Below, piece after piece: positions 11,987 to 24,146 of a stretch of DNA of 64,000 nt. Numbering within the stretch: position 1 is the first letter of the stretch; every line of letters starts with the position of its first letter. The notes under the pieces are model-generated. The model saw only the letters and a list, made by a program, of their open reading frames with translations, was not told the origin of the DNA and did no database searches. A program made the position numbers and the translations under genes. Location: NCBI GenBank assembly GCA_951406725.2, contig OX597816.1, forward strand, positions 66,588,001-66,652,000, read 5' to 3'. This DNA comes from Octopus vulgaris (lineage: Eukaryota).

Positions 11987-12763
11987 TTGCTGAGGTACCC
12001 GGTAATAAATTTATGTTAATAAGATATCTGTTTATAGTGATGAAACATTTTTCGTCAAGTTTCGACATTTTTCAAAAATTTAAAATCTATATTAATGGGT
12101 AGGACCAATTTGATGAAAAAATGAGCAGAGTCTGGTAGCGAACCCATGCTGTTGTCATTTTTGTGCATGCGTGTAAAATGGTGAAATTTTACGCTTTGGG
12201 ACAGATTTTGTCAAATTGATGTCACGACAGATAGTGCACAAAATGCCTAACATTTTGCTTGAGAAATAAAATACTTTTTCCTAATCAAAATCTGAAACGC
12301 TGTGGAATTAAAACAACGAATTGAAATAATAAGTTTTAGCAAATCAAAACAATTCACATTGAAATGGAGAATTAGCAAATGCTAAATAGATTACCGTTAG
12401 TTAATAAGCTGTCTGCTTATGCTCATGAAACATTTTTCGTCAAATTGATGTCATGATGGCTAGAGTGGAAAATTATTCCAAAGGAATAAAATGGTGTAAA
12501 ACAATGTAATCTTCTCTTCAGGGAAATGAAGAAATGAAACTCGTCAATAAGACATTTTAACAGAAAATGATGGATATGTATTGTGATTAACTGAATGCTA
12601 TTAAGTTTGTTTAAAAAAAATGTTAGAGGTAGCCTATAGAAAGGGGAGGGGTAAAGGAAAGAAAAAAACCCCAAATAAATGATAAGTATATAACGATATT
12701 TATATTAAATAAAACCCTATAGTTAACAACGGAAAAGTACACACATCTATTTATATATATATA
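11985..12763 (-). mobile_element. Probable non-autonomous Helitron
   Basis: Minus strand starts tatatatataaatagatg and ends accgggtacctcagCAAG|T (CTAG variant, half hairpin) within a (TA)n run; internal repeats of gtcaaattgatgtca and aaacatttttcgtcaa. Confidence 0.45.
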
Positions 12764-12919
12764 TCACCGTGATCGACCAGGCTATCAGATGTTGCTGCAC
12801 ATCGCTGGTCACAATGCGCTTCGCATTGTTTTAGCCTTCAAATGACGCCACTCCGCTGGCTAAGCGAGCAGGCCAACAGAAGAAAGAGTGAGAGAAAGTT
12901 GTGGCGAAAGAGTACAGCC

Positions 12920-13205
12920 ATAGCTATGTGGTAAGAAGCTTGCTTCCCAACCACATGCTTCTAGGTTCAGTCCCACTGTGTGGTACCTTGGGTAAGTGTC
13001 TTCTACTATAACCTTGGGCTGACCAAAGAACTGAGAGCGATTTAGTAGATGGAAGCTGAAAGAAGCTTGTTGTATATATATATAAATAAGTATGTGTGTA
13101 TGTTTGTGTGTATGTCTGTGTTTATCTTTCCCCCACCCACCACCTGACAACTGGTGTTGGCGTTTGTGTCTTCCACCGTAACTTAGTTCAGCAAAAGAGA
13201 CTGAT
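12920..13205 (+). mobile_element. SINE family A (3'-truncated)
   Basis: A/B boxes and body present; preceded by a fragment of another repeat (12765-12918). Confidence 0.85.
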
Positions 13206-13389
13206 TAATGCAGGTGCGTATTGTAGAAGATATAATTCACTGCTAACATAACCACTACTACTTTTAGATGTGTATGTGTCTCTAATTATTTAAGTGACAC
13301 AGGATATCTACTCGCTTAACTTGATACCAGATAAAAAACAAAGATGATCCTACAGATGCAATCTGCAAGCAGGTATTATTGTAGCTGTC

Positions 13390-13401
13390 TAAATAATAAC
13401 A

Positions 13402-13449
<48 letters not shown>

Positions 13450-13465
13450 CATAATAATAATCATA
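13390..13465. repeat. (TAA)n microsatellite
   Basis: Direct observation. Confidence 0.95.
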
Positions 13466-13677
13466 ATTTCTTACATAAGCATGAGTCCTCAGATCAAGTT
13501 GTGACATGCCATTTTTCTCAATGCCTTTCAGGGGCAACTGAATCCTTACTACATACACCTGTCAATTGAAACTGTGCCGCAGATATCTTTCAAGAACAAA
13601 ATACTATTTATACCTTGATGTTTTCAATGACTAATAGCTAATTTGGGCATGTAATTCCAAGTTCATATGGCATCGTT

Positions 13678-13955
13678 GTCAAGTGTCTTTTACTATAGCC
13701 CTGGACTGACCAATGCCTTGTGAGTGGATTTCCAGACAGAAACTGTGAGGAAGCCCATTATGTATGTGTGTGTGTGTGTGTCTTTGTGGTTGTTTCTCCA
13801 CCACCATTTGACAATAAATGTTGGCATGTTTATGTCCCCATAACTTAGCAATTTGTCAAAAAAGACTAATAAAATAAGCACAAGAACTGACTTGTTTAAC
13901 TAAACTTTTCAAAGAAAGTGTGCTCCTGTAAGTTGAATGAGTGAAGAAAAGTAAA
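13678..13955 (+). mobile_element. SINE family A (old, 5'-truncated)
   Basis: caagtgtcttttactatagcc onward. Confidence 0.8.
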
Positions 13956-14018
13956 AGATAAAATATTCTATTCTTTTGGTATTCTTTCTCATGAATTTCA
14001 TAAATAAAAATAGATATA

Positions 14019-14420
14019 AGCGTAGGAGTGGCTGTGTAGTAAGTAGCTTGCTTACCAACCACATGGTTCTGGGTTCAGTCCCACTGCGTGGCACCTTGGG
14101 CAAGTGTCTTCTACTATAGCCTTGGGCCGACCAAAGCCTTATGAGTGGATTTGGTAGACGGAAACTGAAAGAAGCCCGTCGTATATGTGTATATATATGT
14201 GTGTGTGTGTGTGTGTGTATTTGTGAGTCTGTGTTTGTCCCCCCAATATCGCTTGACAACCGATGCTGGTGTGTTTACGTTCCCGTAACTTAGCGGTTCG
14301 GCAAAAGATACCGATAGAATAAGTACTAGGCTTACAAAGAATAAATCCTGGGGTCAATTTGCTCAACTAAAGGCGGTGCTCCAGCATGGCCACAGTCAAA
14401 TGATTGAAACAAGTAAAAGA
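14019..14420 (+). mobile_element. SINE family A (full length, young)
   Basis: gcgtaggagtggctgtgt...aaacaagtaaaaga with most CpGs retained. Confidence 0.92.
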
Positions 14421-15410
14421 ATATTTGAAAGTCAAACTTTCACTGAATGTACAATTCAAAAAGTGCCAAAATTAATCATGGAAATAATAAGATGATAATG
14501 TAATGTGGTTTACAGATTCCCTTTATACAGCAGAGTCATGTTAAAAAAAACAAAAAAAAAAAACTTTTGTAAGTATAATTGCAAGAGATTTGTTATTACT
14601 CAATACTGCCTTATGATACCTAAATCTCCTGACCCTAGGTACTAGGTGAGCAAGCAGACCTTCATGATTTAAGAGTAGCAACTGATCAAACACTTGGCAG
14701 TGACCCCACAACAACATGTCAAATAAAAGCTAGTATTTGTGCATGTAACCCAAACATACTGGTATTTATTTTGTTAACCTTGGAGAAGATGGAAAACTAA
14801 GTGAACTTATGTAGTGAGAGAACTGTAAGCCACCAAACTACTAATCAATTTTTTTTAGCTTAGTCTGGCATCCTACCAAGGAGCATATCATCCAACTTCT
14901 AGCCAAACACAATGGGGAAGGAGTTCCAAAAATATAAGAACATTTTCTCTGAGGTACAATAACTACAAGTCGGAAAAGCACTGGTTAGGGAGTTTCTTGA
15001 CCTTTCCAGGGTAGCAACATTAAATGTCTTTTAATGAACACCATGCCATTGAAATTAGAACTGTATGCTTTAAATTCTTACATCGTAGGACAACATGTTG
15101 TACAAGGTGGTCAAACAGACTACTAATTAAACAATTCTTCAATCAGCTAAAACCACACCATATGCCCTCCTTCAGTAAAGGTGAATAGGTCGACTCTACA
15201 ATTATAAGAACTAAAAATAGAAAAGTTTTCAAAGTGAATCTTCAGGTAAGTAGTAGTAGGGTAAGACAAACTAGACTGCAATTTTCAGTTTTATTTTTTC
15301 CTCTTTTTTCTTTTCTGAAAGTCATCCAAAATATATCATAGTTGACATTACGGGGACTCAAAAATGATTGAGTGGTAAAACAACAAAGTGATGGACTAAA
15401 TAAGCCTTAA

Positions 15411-15525
15411 CCCTTTAGCATCCAAACTGGTCTTATCCAGCCCCAAAATTCTACCTGTTTTATATTCAGACCAGCCAGATCCAGCCTCTCACACTCACCC
15501 TACAATGTCATTCTAAAAATAAACA
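15411..15525. mobile_element. piggyBac-like MITE P1, left part
   Basis: TTAA|ccctttagcat start; truncated by SINE A. Confidence 0.65.
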
Positions 15526-15526
15526 T

Positions 15527-15920
15527 AGGCGTAGGAGTGGCTGTGTGGTAAGTAGCTTGCTTACAAACTACATCGTTCCGGATTCAGTCCCACTGCATGG
15601 CACCTTGGGCAAGTATCTTCTACTATAGCCTTGGGCTGACCAAAGCCTTATGAGTGGATTTGGTAGACGGAAACTGAAAGAGGCCCATCATATATATATA
15701 TATGTATGTATATATGTATGTGCTCGTGTGTCTGTGTTTGTGCCCCAACCATCGCTTGACAACCTCTCAAGTGCTGGTGCCATGAAAAAATGCACCCAGC
15801 ACACCCTCTAAAGTGGTTAGTGTGAGGAAGGGCATTCAGCCACAGAAACCATGCTAAAATAGACATTCAAACAAGACATGATCTTCTTACCACATTGACC
15901 TTGTAGAACCATCCAACCAG
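15527..15920 (+). mobile_element. SINE A 5' part (15527-15762) fused to a SINE D 3' part
   Basis: A body to gcttgacaacc, then ...ggaagggcattcagcc...catccaacc. Confidence 0.75.
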
Positions 15921-15929
15921 ATATCAAAT

Positions 15930-16130
15930 ATTGGTTTCAAATTTTAGCACAATGTCAGCAATTACAGGGGAGGTGCTAAGTTGATTACATCGTCCCCACT
16001 GCTCAACTGGTACTTATTTTGTTGAGCCTGAAAGGATGAATGGCAATGTCGACCTTGGGGAAATTTGAACTCAGAACATAAATATCAACGAAATGCCACT
16101 AAACATTTTGCCTGATTCTGCCAACATGCC
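15930..16130 (-). mobile_element. SINE family B
   Basis: ggtttcaaatttt...aactggtacttatttt...aaaggatgaa...tttgaactcagaa. Confidence 0.8.
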
Positions 16131-16139
16131 ATCTCAATC

Positions 16140-16478
16140 TGAGACCTCTTTTGGTCACGGCACAGACCATGGGATTGCACCTAGAAAGTTACCCTCCCAG
16201 GCACAAGTCCGAGCAAGGTTGTTTATGAGACTAGCAGTCGCCCATGCATACTGGCCTCCTCTCTCCATGCCACCAGTGTTATCCAAGGGAAAGGCAAAGG
16301 GGCCGATACAGCTTAGCACCTGTGACGTCGCAACTCATTTCTACAGCTTAGTGAACTGGAGCAACGTGAAATAAAGTGCCTTGCTCAAGAACACAACACG
16401 TAGCCTGGTCTGGGATTCGAACTCACAACCTCACAATCGTAAGCTCGACGCTCTAAACACTGAGCCATGTGCCTCCAC
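16140..16478 (-). mobile_element. tRNA-derived CORE-like SINE family C
   Basis: Minus strand: ggcacatggctcagtg (A box), gttcgaatccc (B box), then ttgagcaaggcactttatttcacgttgctccagttcac...gctgtagaaatgagt resembling the CORE domain. Confidence 0.85.
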
Positions 16479-16797
16479 AGACATGCCAACTTAATCAGAC
16501 ATGAAATAATGGTAATGATGATGATACACTCCTCCTCACTTTACTGATTTGTTCACTTGGTCCAGATTCGTAATCTTGTTTACCTTATATATATATATAT
16601 GACAATACGCACATCTAAACAAGGTTGTATTGAGCACTTCTATGATTTCCTTTCTGTGAATTTCATCAACATCAACAAAAAAAAAAACACACAGGCACTC
16701 ATTTAGATGTAATGAGTACTTTATTTTGAATATTCTCCTTCACGTTCATTTGCTCTATCTATTATTTACACACAGACACACACACTCACTCAAATAT

Positions 16798-17043
16798 GTT
16801 CGGTGGCACGTAAAAAGCACCATTCGATCGTGGTGGCCGTTTGCCAGCCTCGTCTGGCACCTGTGCAGGTGGCACATAAAAAGCACCCACTACACTCACG
16901 GAGTGGTTGGCGTTAGGAAGGGCATCCAGCTGTAGAAACACTGCCAGATCAGACTGGGCCTGGCGCAGCCTACTGGCTCCCCAGACCCCAGTTGAACCGT
17001 CCAACCCATGCTAGCATGGAAAACGGACGTTAAATGACAATGA

Positions 17044-17047
<4 letters not shown>
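16798..17047 (+). mobile_element. SINE-like family D (GGCACRTAAAA modules, gttggcgttaggaagggcatcc, (GAT)n tail)
   Basis: Same as 47702-48100 and the reverse of 35655 and 40208. Confidence 0.85.
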
Positions 17048-17081
<34 letters not shown>

Positions 17082-18102
17082 AATAAATGAGAAGGAGAGA
17101 GTGTGTCAGATAGATTTGAAAGATTAGCAGTGGTGTCAAACCACACCATCAAACCTGCTGTTATGAACAAAAATAAACTTAACAAAAAAAAAAAAAAAGC
17201 CAGTCTTTTCTTCACACCAGCATTACAACCACACACACACCAACTGTTTTAACATATGCTGTGAGATGAGACTAGAAGGGTGAGGCTGCTGGGTATGAAA
17301 CAAGTATACAACATGGTATTAACTAAACCCAAAACTCCCCCCCCCCACTCTTCTCCAAGTTTTCTTTCTTTTTCTACCACTTGGCGAATCTCCACCTTCC
17401 CTCACTTCTCCCCCTCCCCGCAAAACAGTCTCCCCCCACCCCCTGCCACCACTCTCACTCTCTGTCTGTCTCTCTTTCTCTCTCTGACCTTTATAATCGG
17501 ATGACTCATCCTGACTGCATCTATCACCCAAAAGTTAACTCCCACCTTGGTACCACTATACACACACACACATATATATACACACACGCGCGCACGCATA
17601 AATATTGAGAGAGAGAAACTTCTCATTCACTAACTAAGCTACCCTCTGACTACTGGCAACACCCACAAGTTGTGTTCTGAGTTCTGTTTACTGCCTGCAC
17701 GATGGTGTTGTAGTCGGTGGTGGTGGTGGTGCGGTGGTGGGGGGGTGTACTTACAAGTATCTTTTTGAATAAATACATATGCAGATATGTTGCAAAAGGA
17801 GGAAGAAAACAGATGCCCCTCTCCCCATGCATGACCGGGAAGAGAAGGAGAGAGAAACATACAGATGCACACTCACACCCACATGCACACACACACCAAA
17901 TCCACACTCAAGAGCTGTAGTGTGTCTTGCAGTGTCATGAAACTCCACCCTAACATAATAATGATAAAATGCATCATACACAGTCTTCTTCGATCGTCAT
18001 CATATTCACCATTTACCATTCTACTAAAACTCCCACCTGGTATGGTCTGACTGATGTGGGTCTGTTATATTACAAATATTCATATCCTATTTATTCGTTT
18101 AT

Positions 18103-18340
18103 CTTTTACTTGTTTCAGCCTTAGGACCGTGGCCATGCTGGGGCATTGCCTTGAATGGTTTAGCCATACAAATCAATCAGAGTTCATATTTTTCAGTTTT
18201 GTACTTATTCTATCAGTCTCTTTTGATGAACTGTTAAGTTACGGAGATGTAAGCAAACCAACACTGGATGTCAAGTTGTGGTAGTGGGATAAACGCAAAC
18301 ACACACATATAATATATATATATATATACACATATATACA
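18103..18340 (-). mobile_element. SINE A 3' half (5' half at 19410-19540)
   Basis: Element split at its central microsatellite by ~1.1 kb of later insertions. Confidence 0.75.
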
Positions 18341-18344
18341 CAAG

Positions 18345-18632
18345 CATTTAGGAGCACTCTGTTGGTTATGATGACGAGGGTCCCAGCAGATACAATCAAC
18401 GGAACAGCTTGCTTGTGAAATTAACGTGCAAGTGACTGAGCAATCCACAGACACAGAGTGTAACAAGGCCGGCCCTTTGAAATACAGGTACAACTCATTT
18501 TTGCCAGCTGAGTGGACTGGAGCAACATGAAATAAAGTGTCTTGCTCAAGGACACAACACGTCACCGGGAATTGAACTCACAACCTTACAATCATGAGCC
18601 GAATGCCCTAACCACTAAGCCATGCACTTTCA
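18345..18632 (-). mobile_element. SINE family C variant
   Basis: Same tRNA head and CORE-like block as 16140-16478, with a different 3' body. Confidence 0.8.
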
Positions 18633-18849
18633 CACACACAACATATACATAAACATATACATATCTATACACATTCAAACGCACACATACACACATGTAT
18701 GTATGTATGTATGTATGTGTGTGTACATATATATATATATATCAGTTTAAAATGAGGGTGAGAAATTAGATATTAATTTAATTAACATCAATTTCACACC
18801 AGTGGTCTAGCATATAAAAAACCTGAAGGTTCAGTAAAATTGTATTATA

Positions 18850-19054
18850 TACATATTAGAGGGAAACCACTATGTGGACACCCTTATGCTAGAAAGAGAT
18901 CCGCTATGGTTTTACCACTAAGAAATGTTCTCAAAATGATTACATTTTGGTTGATTTGCTAAATTTTTCTTGAGAACATTTCTTAGTGGTAAGACCATAG
19001 CGGATCTATTTCTAGCATAAGGGTGTCCACATAGTGGTTTCCCTCTAATATGTA
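18850..19054. repeat. Long inverted repeat (85-bp arms, 35-nt spacer)
   Basis: 18850-18934 is the reverse complement of 18970-19054 with 2 mismatches; part of an insert (18742-19054) flanked by (TA)n. Confidence 0.95.
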
Positions 19055-19055
19055 C

Positions 19056-19093
<38 letters not shown>

Positions 19094-19179
19094 CTCTCCC
19101 ATTGAATGTGATGTATGAGTGTTCAACTTTTTGCACAATGACCTGCACAAATGATTTGTTTATTAGTGATCAAATGTAT

Positions 19180-19392
19180 GTGTTGTGCATTAGCTCATTC
19201 TCCCCATCAAATCAACCTTGCCCAAAACACGTGCATGGTGTACCATGCATCAAGAGTCAAAGTGACTGCGAATCAATGTGAGATGAAGTGTTTTGTTCAA
19301 GAACACAGTGCGCCACCGATTTGTAGTGAACTGAAACCACGATGTCATGATCATGAGTGCAACACCCTACTAACTAGGCCAAGCACCCTCAC
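19180..19392 (-). mobile_element. SINE family C variant, degraded
   Basis: gaagtgttttgttcaagaacac...gatcatgagtgcaacaccctactaactaggcca. Confidence 0.6.
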
Positions 19393-20486
19393 TGTATATA
19401 TGTATACTTATGGGCTTTCACAGTTTCTCTAGACCAAATTCACTTACAAGGCATTGGTGTGTTGGGAACAAGAGCAGAAGAGACTTATCCAATGTACTGT
19501 GCAGTGGGACTGACCCCAACGCACAACAAGACCACACAGAAGCAATTTTTGTTTTAAATTCTGATCAACAACTGGTGAAATCGACTGCTTTGCTAGGTCA
19601 CAATCAGTTTGATCTGAAATTATCTTGGGTGCCAACTGCCACTTGCAAGTGAGTATACACTGGCAGCATGTACCATGCTTTCATTAATTTAGATGCTTAT
19701 GTAGTTTTAAGAAGACGAACATCTTTCTCCACCTTTCTGTCCTGTGACCCAGCAGAACCATGAGGATGTCACAGCTGAAGAGAGAAAAGGCTTTAGTGGT
19801 ATTAGTCTGGTACCCAATTTCAGCTGAGTACACTAAAACACTTTAAAATACAATGTTACCTAGCTCAGGAACTCAACCCACAACTTGGATTTTATGATTG
19901 TGAGCCCCAAATCCTAACCACTACACCAACACCTTCACATGAATAACCACATATACACACATTTTATATAGCCATATATACTGTGTAAACATGGGTATAT
20001 AAATATAAATATATTATGTTACATATATATACATGCATACTGGGATTTATGTATGCAAATTTTTGTGTGTGTATGTGTGTCTGAGAGTGAGTATGTATGT
20101 AGAATGGTAAACGTTTGCATTTGCAAATCAAGAAGCTGTACTCAATACATAAAGTTTGTAAATTTTTTTAGCAGTTGAAGTTTCAGGTTACCAATTATTT
20201 AAATGTTTGTTTGAATAATTGGCAACGCACACACACACACATTTATATATATATGTGTGTACATATATTGGCATGTTTATAACTTTAAAAAACGCTGCAA
20301 ATGGAAATGCAACTATAAAAATTCTATGTCCAAACCGAATCTGAGAACATCAACATATGTAAATACTGAGCCCCAACAAAATAAATATAAAAATTTGAAG
20401 TTGGTAATTCAGAGTAGCTGTTAAAGCAATAACTGAGAAGCACACAAGTTAACTTGGTAGTAATAATGTGATTGTGTGTTTGCAGT

Positions 20487-21335
20487 ATTGAATGAACCAG
20501 ACCTGCAAGAACTTGCCACTTGTCTCGCAGAAGCAGCAAAAGCCTTCGGACTGACCATTAGCCTGCGAAAAACTGAAGTGATGCTTCAGCCTGCACCTGG
20601 CCTGACACCTCCTGAGATTGAGATTGAGGGCACAACTCTGAACAACGTAGAGAGCTTTACATACCTGGGAAGCTGCCCGTCCTCAAACAGCAGCATGGAC
20701 AAAGATGTCTCCATGAGGCTTGCAAAAGTAGGAGCTTCGTTTGGCAGACATTGGACACGTATGTGGGCTGAAAGAGGCATCAGACTTTCCACCAAGCTGC
20801 CAGTCTATAGGGCAGTTGTCATCACCTCTCTGCTCTATGACTGTGGGATGTGGACGCTGTATAGGAGGCAAATGCGAATACTTGACCAGTTCCACCTCTG
20901 TTGCTTGCAACGGATCATGGGAATTTCCTGGGAGGACAGAGTTTCCAACACTGAGGTGCTTTGCAGAGCCGAAGCCCTCATCATGAAGGCCCAGCTCCAG
21001 TGGGTTGGACATGTAGTGCGAATGGATGACGCACATCTACCAAAGATGATCTTCTCTGAACGGGCTACTGGAGCAAGAAACCCTGGAAGGCCACTGAGGC
21101 GATACAAGGACAGCCTAAAAACTTCCCTTGAAGCTTGCAACATTTCAGCCCGTGGCTGAGAATCACTTGCCTCTGACTGCAGCGCCTGGCGTCCAGCTGT
21201 CCAAAAGGGTGTTAGGCTGTTTGAGGAAAAGTGCCTCAATAGCCTGGACCAGAAACGACAAGCCTGAAAAGAGAGGATCCCCAACCCTACTTCTGCTGTT
21301 ACGTGCCCAACATGTGGCCGCGTCTGCCTTTGGGT
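20487..21335 (+). pseudogene. RTE-clade (BovB-like) LINE ORF2 3' fragment: RT C-terminus to C2H2-like tail
   Basis: ORF 20476-21159 has FGLTISLRKTEVM, VESFTYLGS, RLAK..ASFGR, TK..VYRAVVITSLLY, FHL.CL.RIMGISWEDRVSNTEVL, QLQWVGHVVRM. It continues past TGA stops to TCPTCGRVC and is 5'-truncated with small deletions. Confidence 0.92.
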
Positions 21336-21339
21336 TCCA

Positions 21340-21447
21340 CCCGAGGCTATAGTAGAAGACACTTGCCCAAGGTGCCATGCAGTGGGACTGAACCCGGAAC
21401 CATGTGGCTGGTAAGCAAGCTACTTACCACACAGCCACTCCTACACC
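21340..21447 (-). mobile_element. SINE A 5' part
   Basis: Abuts the RTE fragment. Confidence 0.85.
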
Positions 21448-22140
21448 TACTTAACTCTTCGGCATACACCATACATGTAACCACAACTATTTCCCTAAGT
21501 CGATCTCAGTGGGATTTGAACTCAAACAGTAAATGGGATGGAAAAAAATGCTACAAAGCATTTTGTCCAAGATGCTAATGATTCTGCCAGCTCATTACCT
21601 TTTACATTTTACTACTGCTAATTAAACTCTTCTCCCACACACCATACATACAACTACAGCTGTCTCCACCACTAACACAATCACCACAAAACAACTACCC
21701 CAGCTTCCCACTTCCACACCCTAGCTATCACAGCACCTAACCCCATGAACACAGCCACCCCTTTAATATAGCTACCATTATAATTCCATTTCTACTAAAA
21801 CTATCACTACTACTTACCACCACTCACATAACCTTATAAACTTTCATCAACATCATAATCATTTTCACAATTATGCACTGTTGCCATTAACACTACCACA
21901 ATGCAGTGTCAACTAACACTTACTTAAATCACAATAATTATACAGAGAATTTTAATTAGTTAATGACCCGAGTCCAATAACATGTTAACACCCATTTTCA
22001 TTCTGAGCCCTCTTGGCTGAACAAGGTTTTACCAATTCCCATGAGAACAAAACACAGTTCCATGAACTATTGCTGAAACAAAAAGAAATTAAACCACTGA
22101 AAGTAAATTACAAATACACACATGCACACACCACTTTATT

Positions 22141-22519
22141 TTTTACTAGTTTCAGTCATTAGACTGCAGCCATGCTGGCGCACTGCCTTTAGTTGAGCAA
22201 ATCGACCCCAGGACTTATTCTTTTTAAGCCTAGTACTTATTCTATCGGTCTCTTTGGCCGAACCACTAAGTTACAGGGACGTAAACACACCAACATCAGT
22301 TGTCAAGTGATGTTGGGGGGGAGACAAACACAGACACACACATACATACATACATATGACGGGCTTCTTTAAGTTTCCGTCTACCAAATCCACTCACAAG
22401 GCTTTGGTCGGCCCAAGGCTATAATAGAAGACACTTGCCCAAGGTGCCATGCAGTGGGACTGAACCAGGAACCATGTGGTTGGTAAGCAAGCTACTTACC
22501 ACACAGCCACTCCTGTGCC
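22141..22519 (-). mobile_element. SINE family A (full length)
   Basis: High similarity to the other copies. Confidence 0.92.
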
Positions 22520-22539
22520 TATACTCATTGAGAACCAAG

Positions 22540-22700
22540 TAGAAGGCCTCTACACAGCCACTATCATAGATTCCCTCAAATCATACCCTACCATCTTAAA
22601 AGAGGATACATTGGAGAATGTATTCCAAGGAATATTTTGTCTGAAAACAGATGATCATGGTTACATTAGTTTTGAACCAGAGCTGATCTAGCGCTAAACA
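22540..22700 (-). repeat. Old dispersed repeat family E
   Basis: Shared motifs (gctgctatttctagcagg; tatgatcaaaggcattccagc; ttgtttagcc) also at ~3090-3260, 30270-30660, 44140-44290, 50650-51020, 53090-53260, 59975-60157, 61375-61560 and 62000-62190. Confidence 0.55.
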
Positions 22701-23535
22701 AATCTATCTATCTATCTATCTACATACATACACATCTACATACATATATAGATAGTTCCATGATAGTGAGACATGGGCATCAAATGTGGGAGACTTGCTA
22801 AGATTAGAAAGAAATGAAGATAGTATGCTCCAATAAATGTCTAATGTAAAATGAACTAAAGGGTAAACTTGATATAAAAGGAGTCAGGTATAGTGTGCAA
22901 GAGAGAAGACTGTATTAGTACATGGCTTCATATGCATCACATGCAGATTTTCTACAGCCAGATGCCCTTCCTATTGCCAATCCTTACCTGCTTCCAAGCA
23001 AGGTAATATTTCCCCCTGGCTAGATATTTGTTTTTGTTATAGGAGACTGGAAATAAACAACCTTACTTGTATGATGACAATGCTCACCAAATGTACACAA
23101 CTACACACACGACAGACTTCTTTCAGCTCCTGTTGACCAAATCCACTCCCAAAGCTTTGGTTGACCCAGACTATGGTGCAAGACACTTATCCAAAGTTCT
23201 CCACAATGGGACTGAACATGAGACCACATGGTTGGGAAGCAAGTTTTTCAACCACAAAGCCATGCCTGCACCCCTACATACATGTATGAATTCTATTATG
23301 AAAAGATTAACAGTTACCAAGTTTCACATTTAATGAAGCTGAATTAATAATGCATTAAAATTTTTTTTTAAATAACTCAATTAATTAAATCAATTTGTCT
23401 AAGACTGCCTCTGGTTCTTTGTTTTAGAGCTGCTTGTTTCAAAATGTTAATATTTAAATTAAAATCTTCCATAATAATGTAAGAATAGTTTGTTATGTTC
23501 CAGATACCAACTTATTGTTAACGTGACTCTACCAT

Positions 23536-24146
23536 AAGGGAGTGAGTTGGCAGAATTGTTACCACGCCAGGTGAAACGTTTAACAGTATTTCGTCCATCT
23601 TCACGTTCTAAGTTCATACTCCACCAAGGTCAACTATGTCTTTGTAATTGACAATCTCCTTCCCCCAAATTTCAGGCGTTGTGTCTATAGCAGAAAAGAA
23701 TATTACTCTACCATCTTTAAGTGGCAAGCTGGCAAAATTGTTAGTACACCAGGCAACATGCTTAGTGACATTTTGTGTCTTTACATTTTGGGTTCAAATT
23801 CCATAGCGGTTGATTTTGGCTTTCATCCTTTTGGGGTTGAATAAATAAGTACCAGTTGAACACTGGGGTCAATGTAATCAACATACCCCACCCCCCAAAC
23901 CTACTGGGCTTGTACCAAAATTTGAAACCAATATTACTCTTCCATCTTGAGGTGAAAAGCTGGTAGAATTGTTAGCGCTTAATGGAATGTGAGTGTCTTT
24001 ATGTTCTGAGTTCAAATTCTGCCAAGGTTGACTTTGCCTTTCATCTCTTCAGGATTGATAAAATAAGTACCGACTGAGCACTGTGGAGTCGATGTAACTG
24101 ACTTGCCATTGAAATTGCTGGCCTTGTGTCAAAATCTGAAACTAAT
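23536..24146 (+). mobile_element. Three tandem SINE B copies separated by a repeated target sequence
   Basis: Heads gagttggcagaa, aagctggcaaaa and aagctggtagaa; spacer tattactctaccatctt repeated between copies. Confidence 0.8.

Noticed and set aside
14019-14090. tRNA genes at SINE heads
   Set aside because: A/B boxes are present but there is no complete cloverleaf, and they continue into SINE bodies.
21600-21900. CAC/CTA-rich tract that could encode a Thr-rich mucin-like peptide
   Set aside because: Degenerate low-complexity DNA with stops; no ORF of 60 aa or more in the track.
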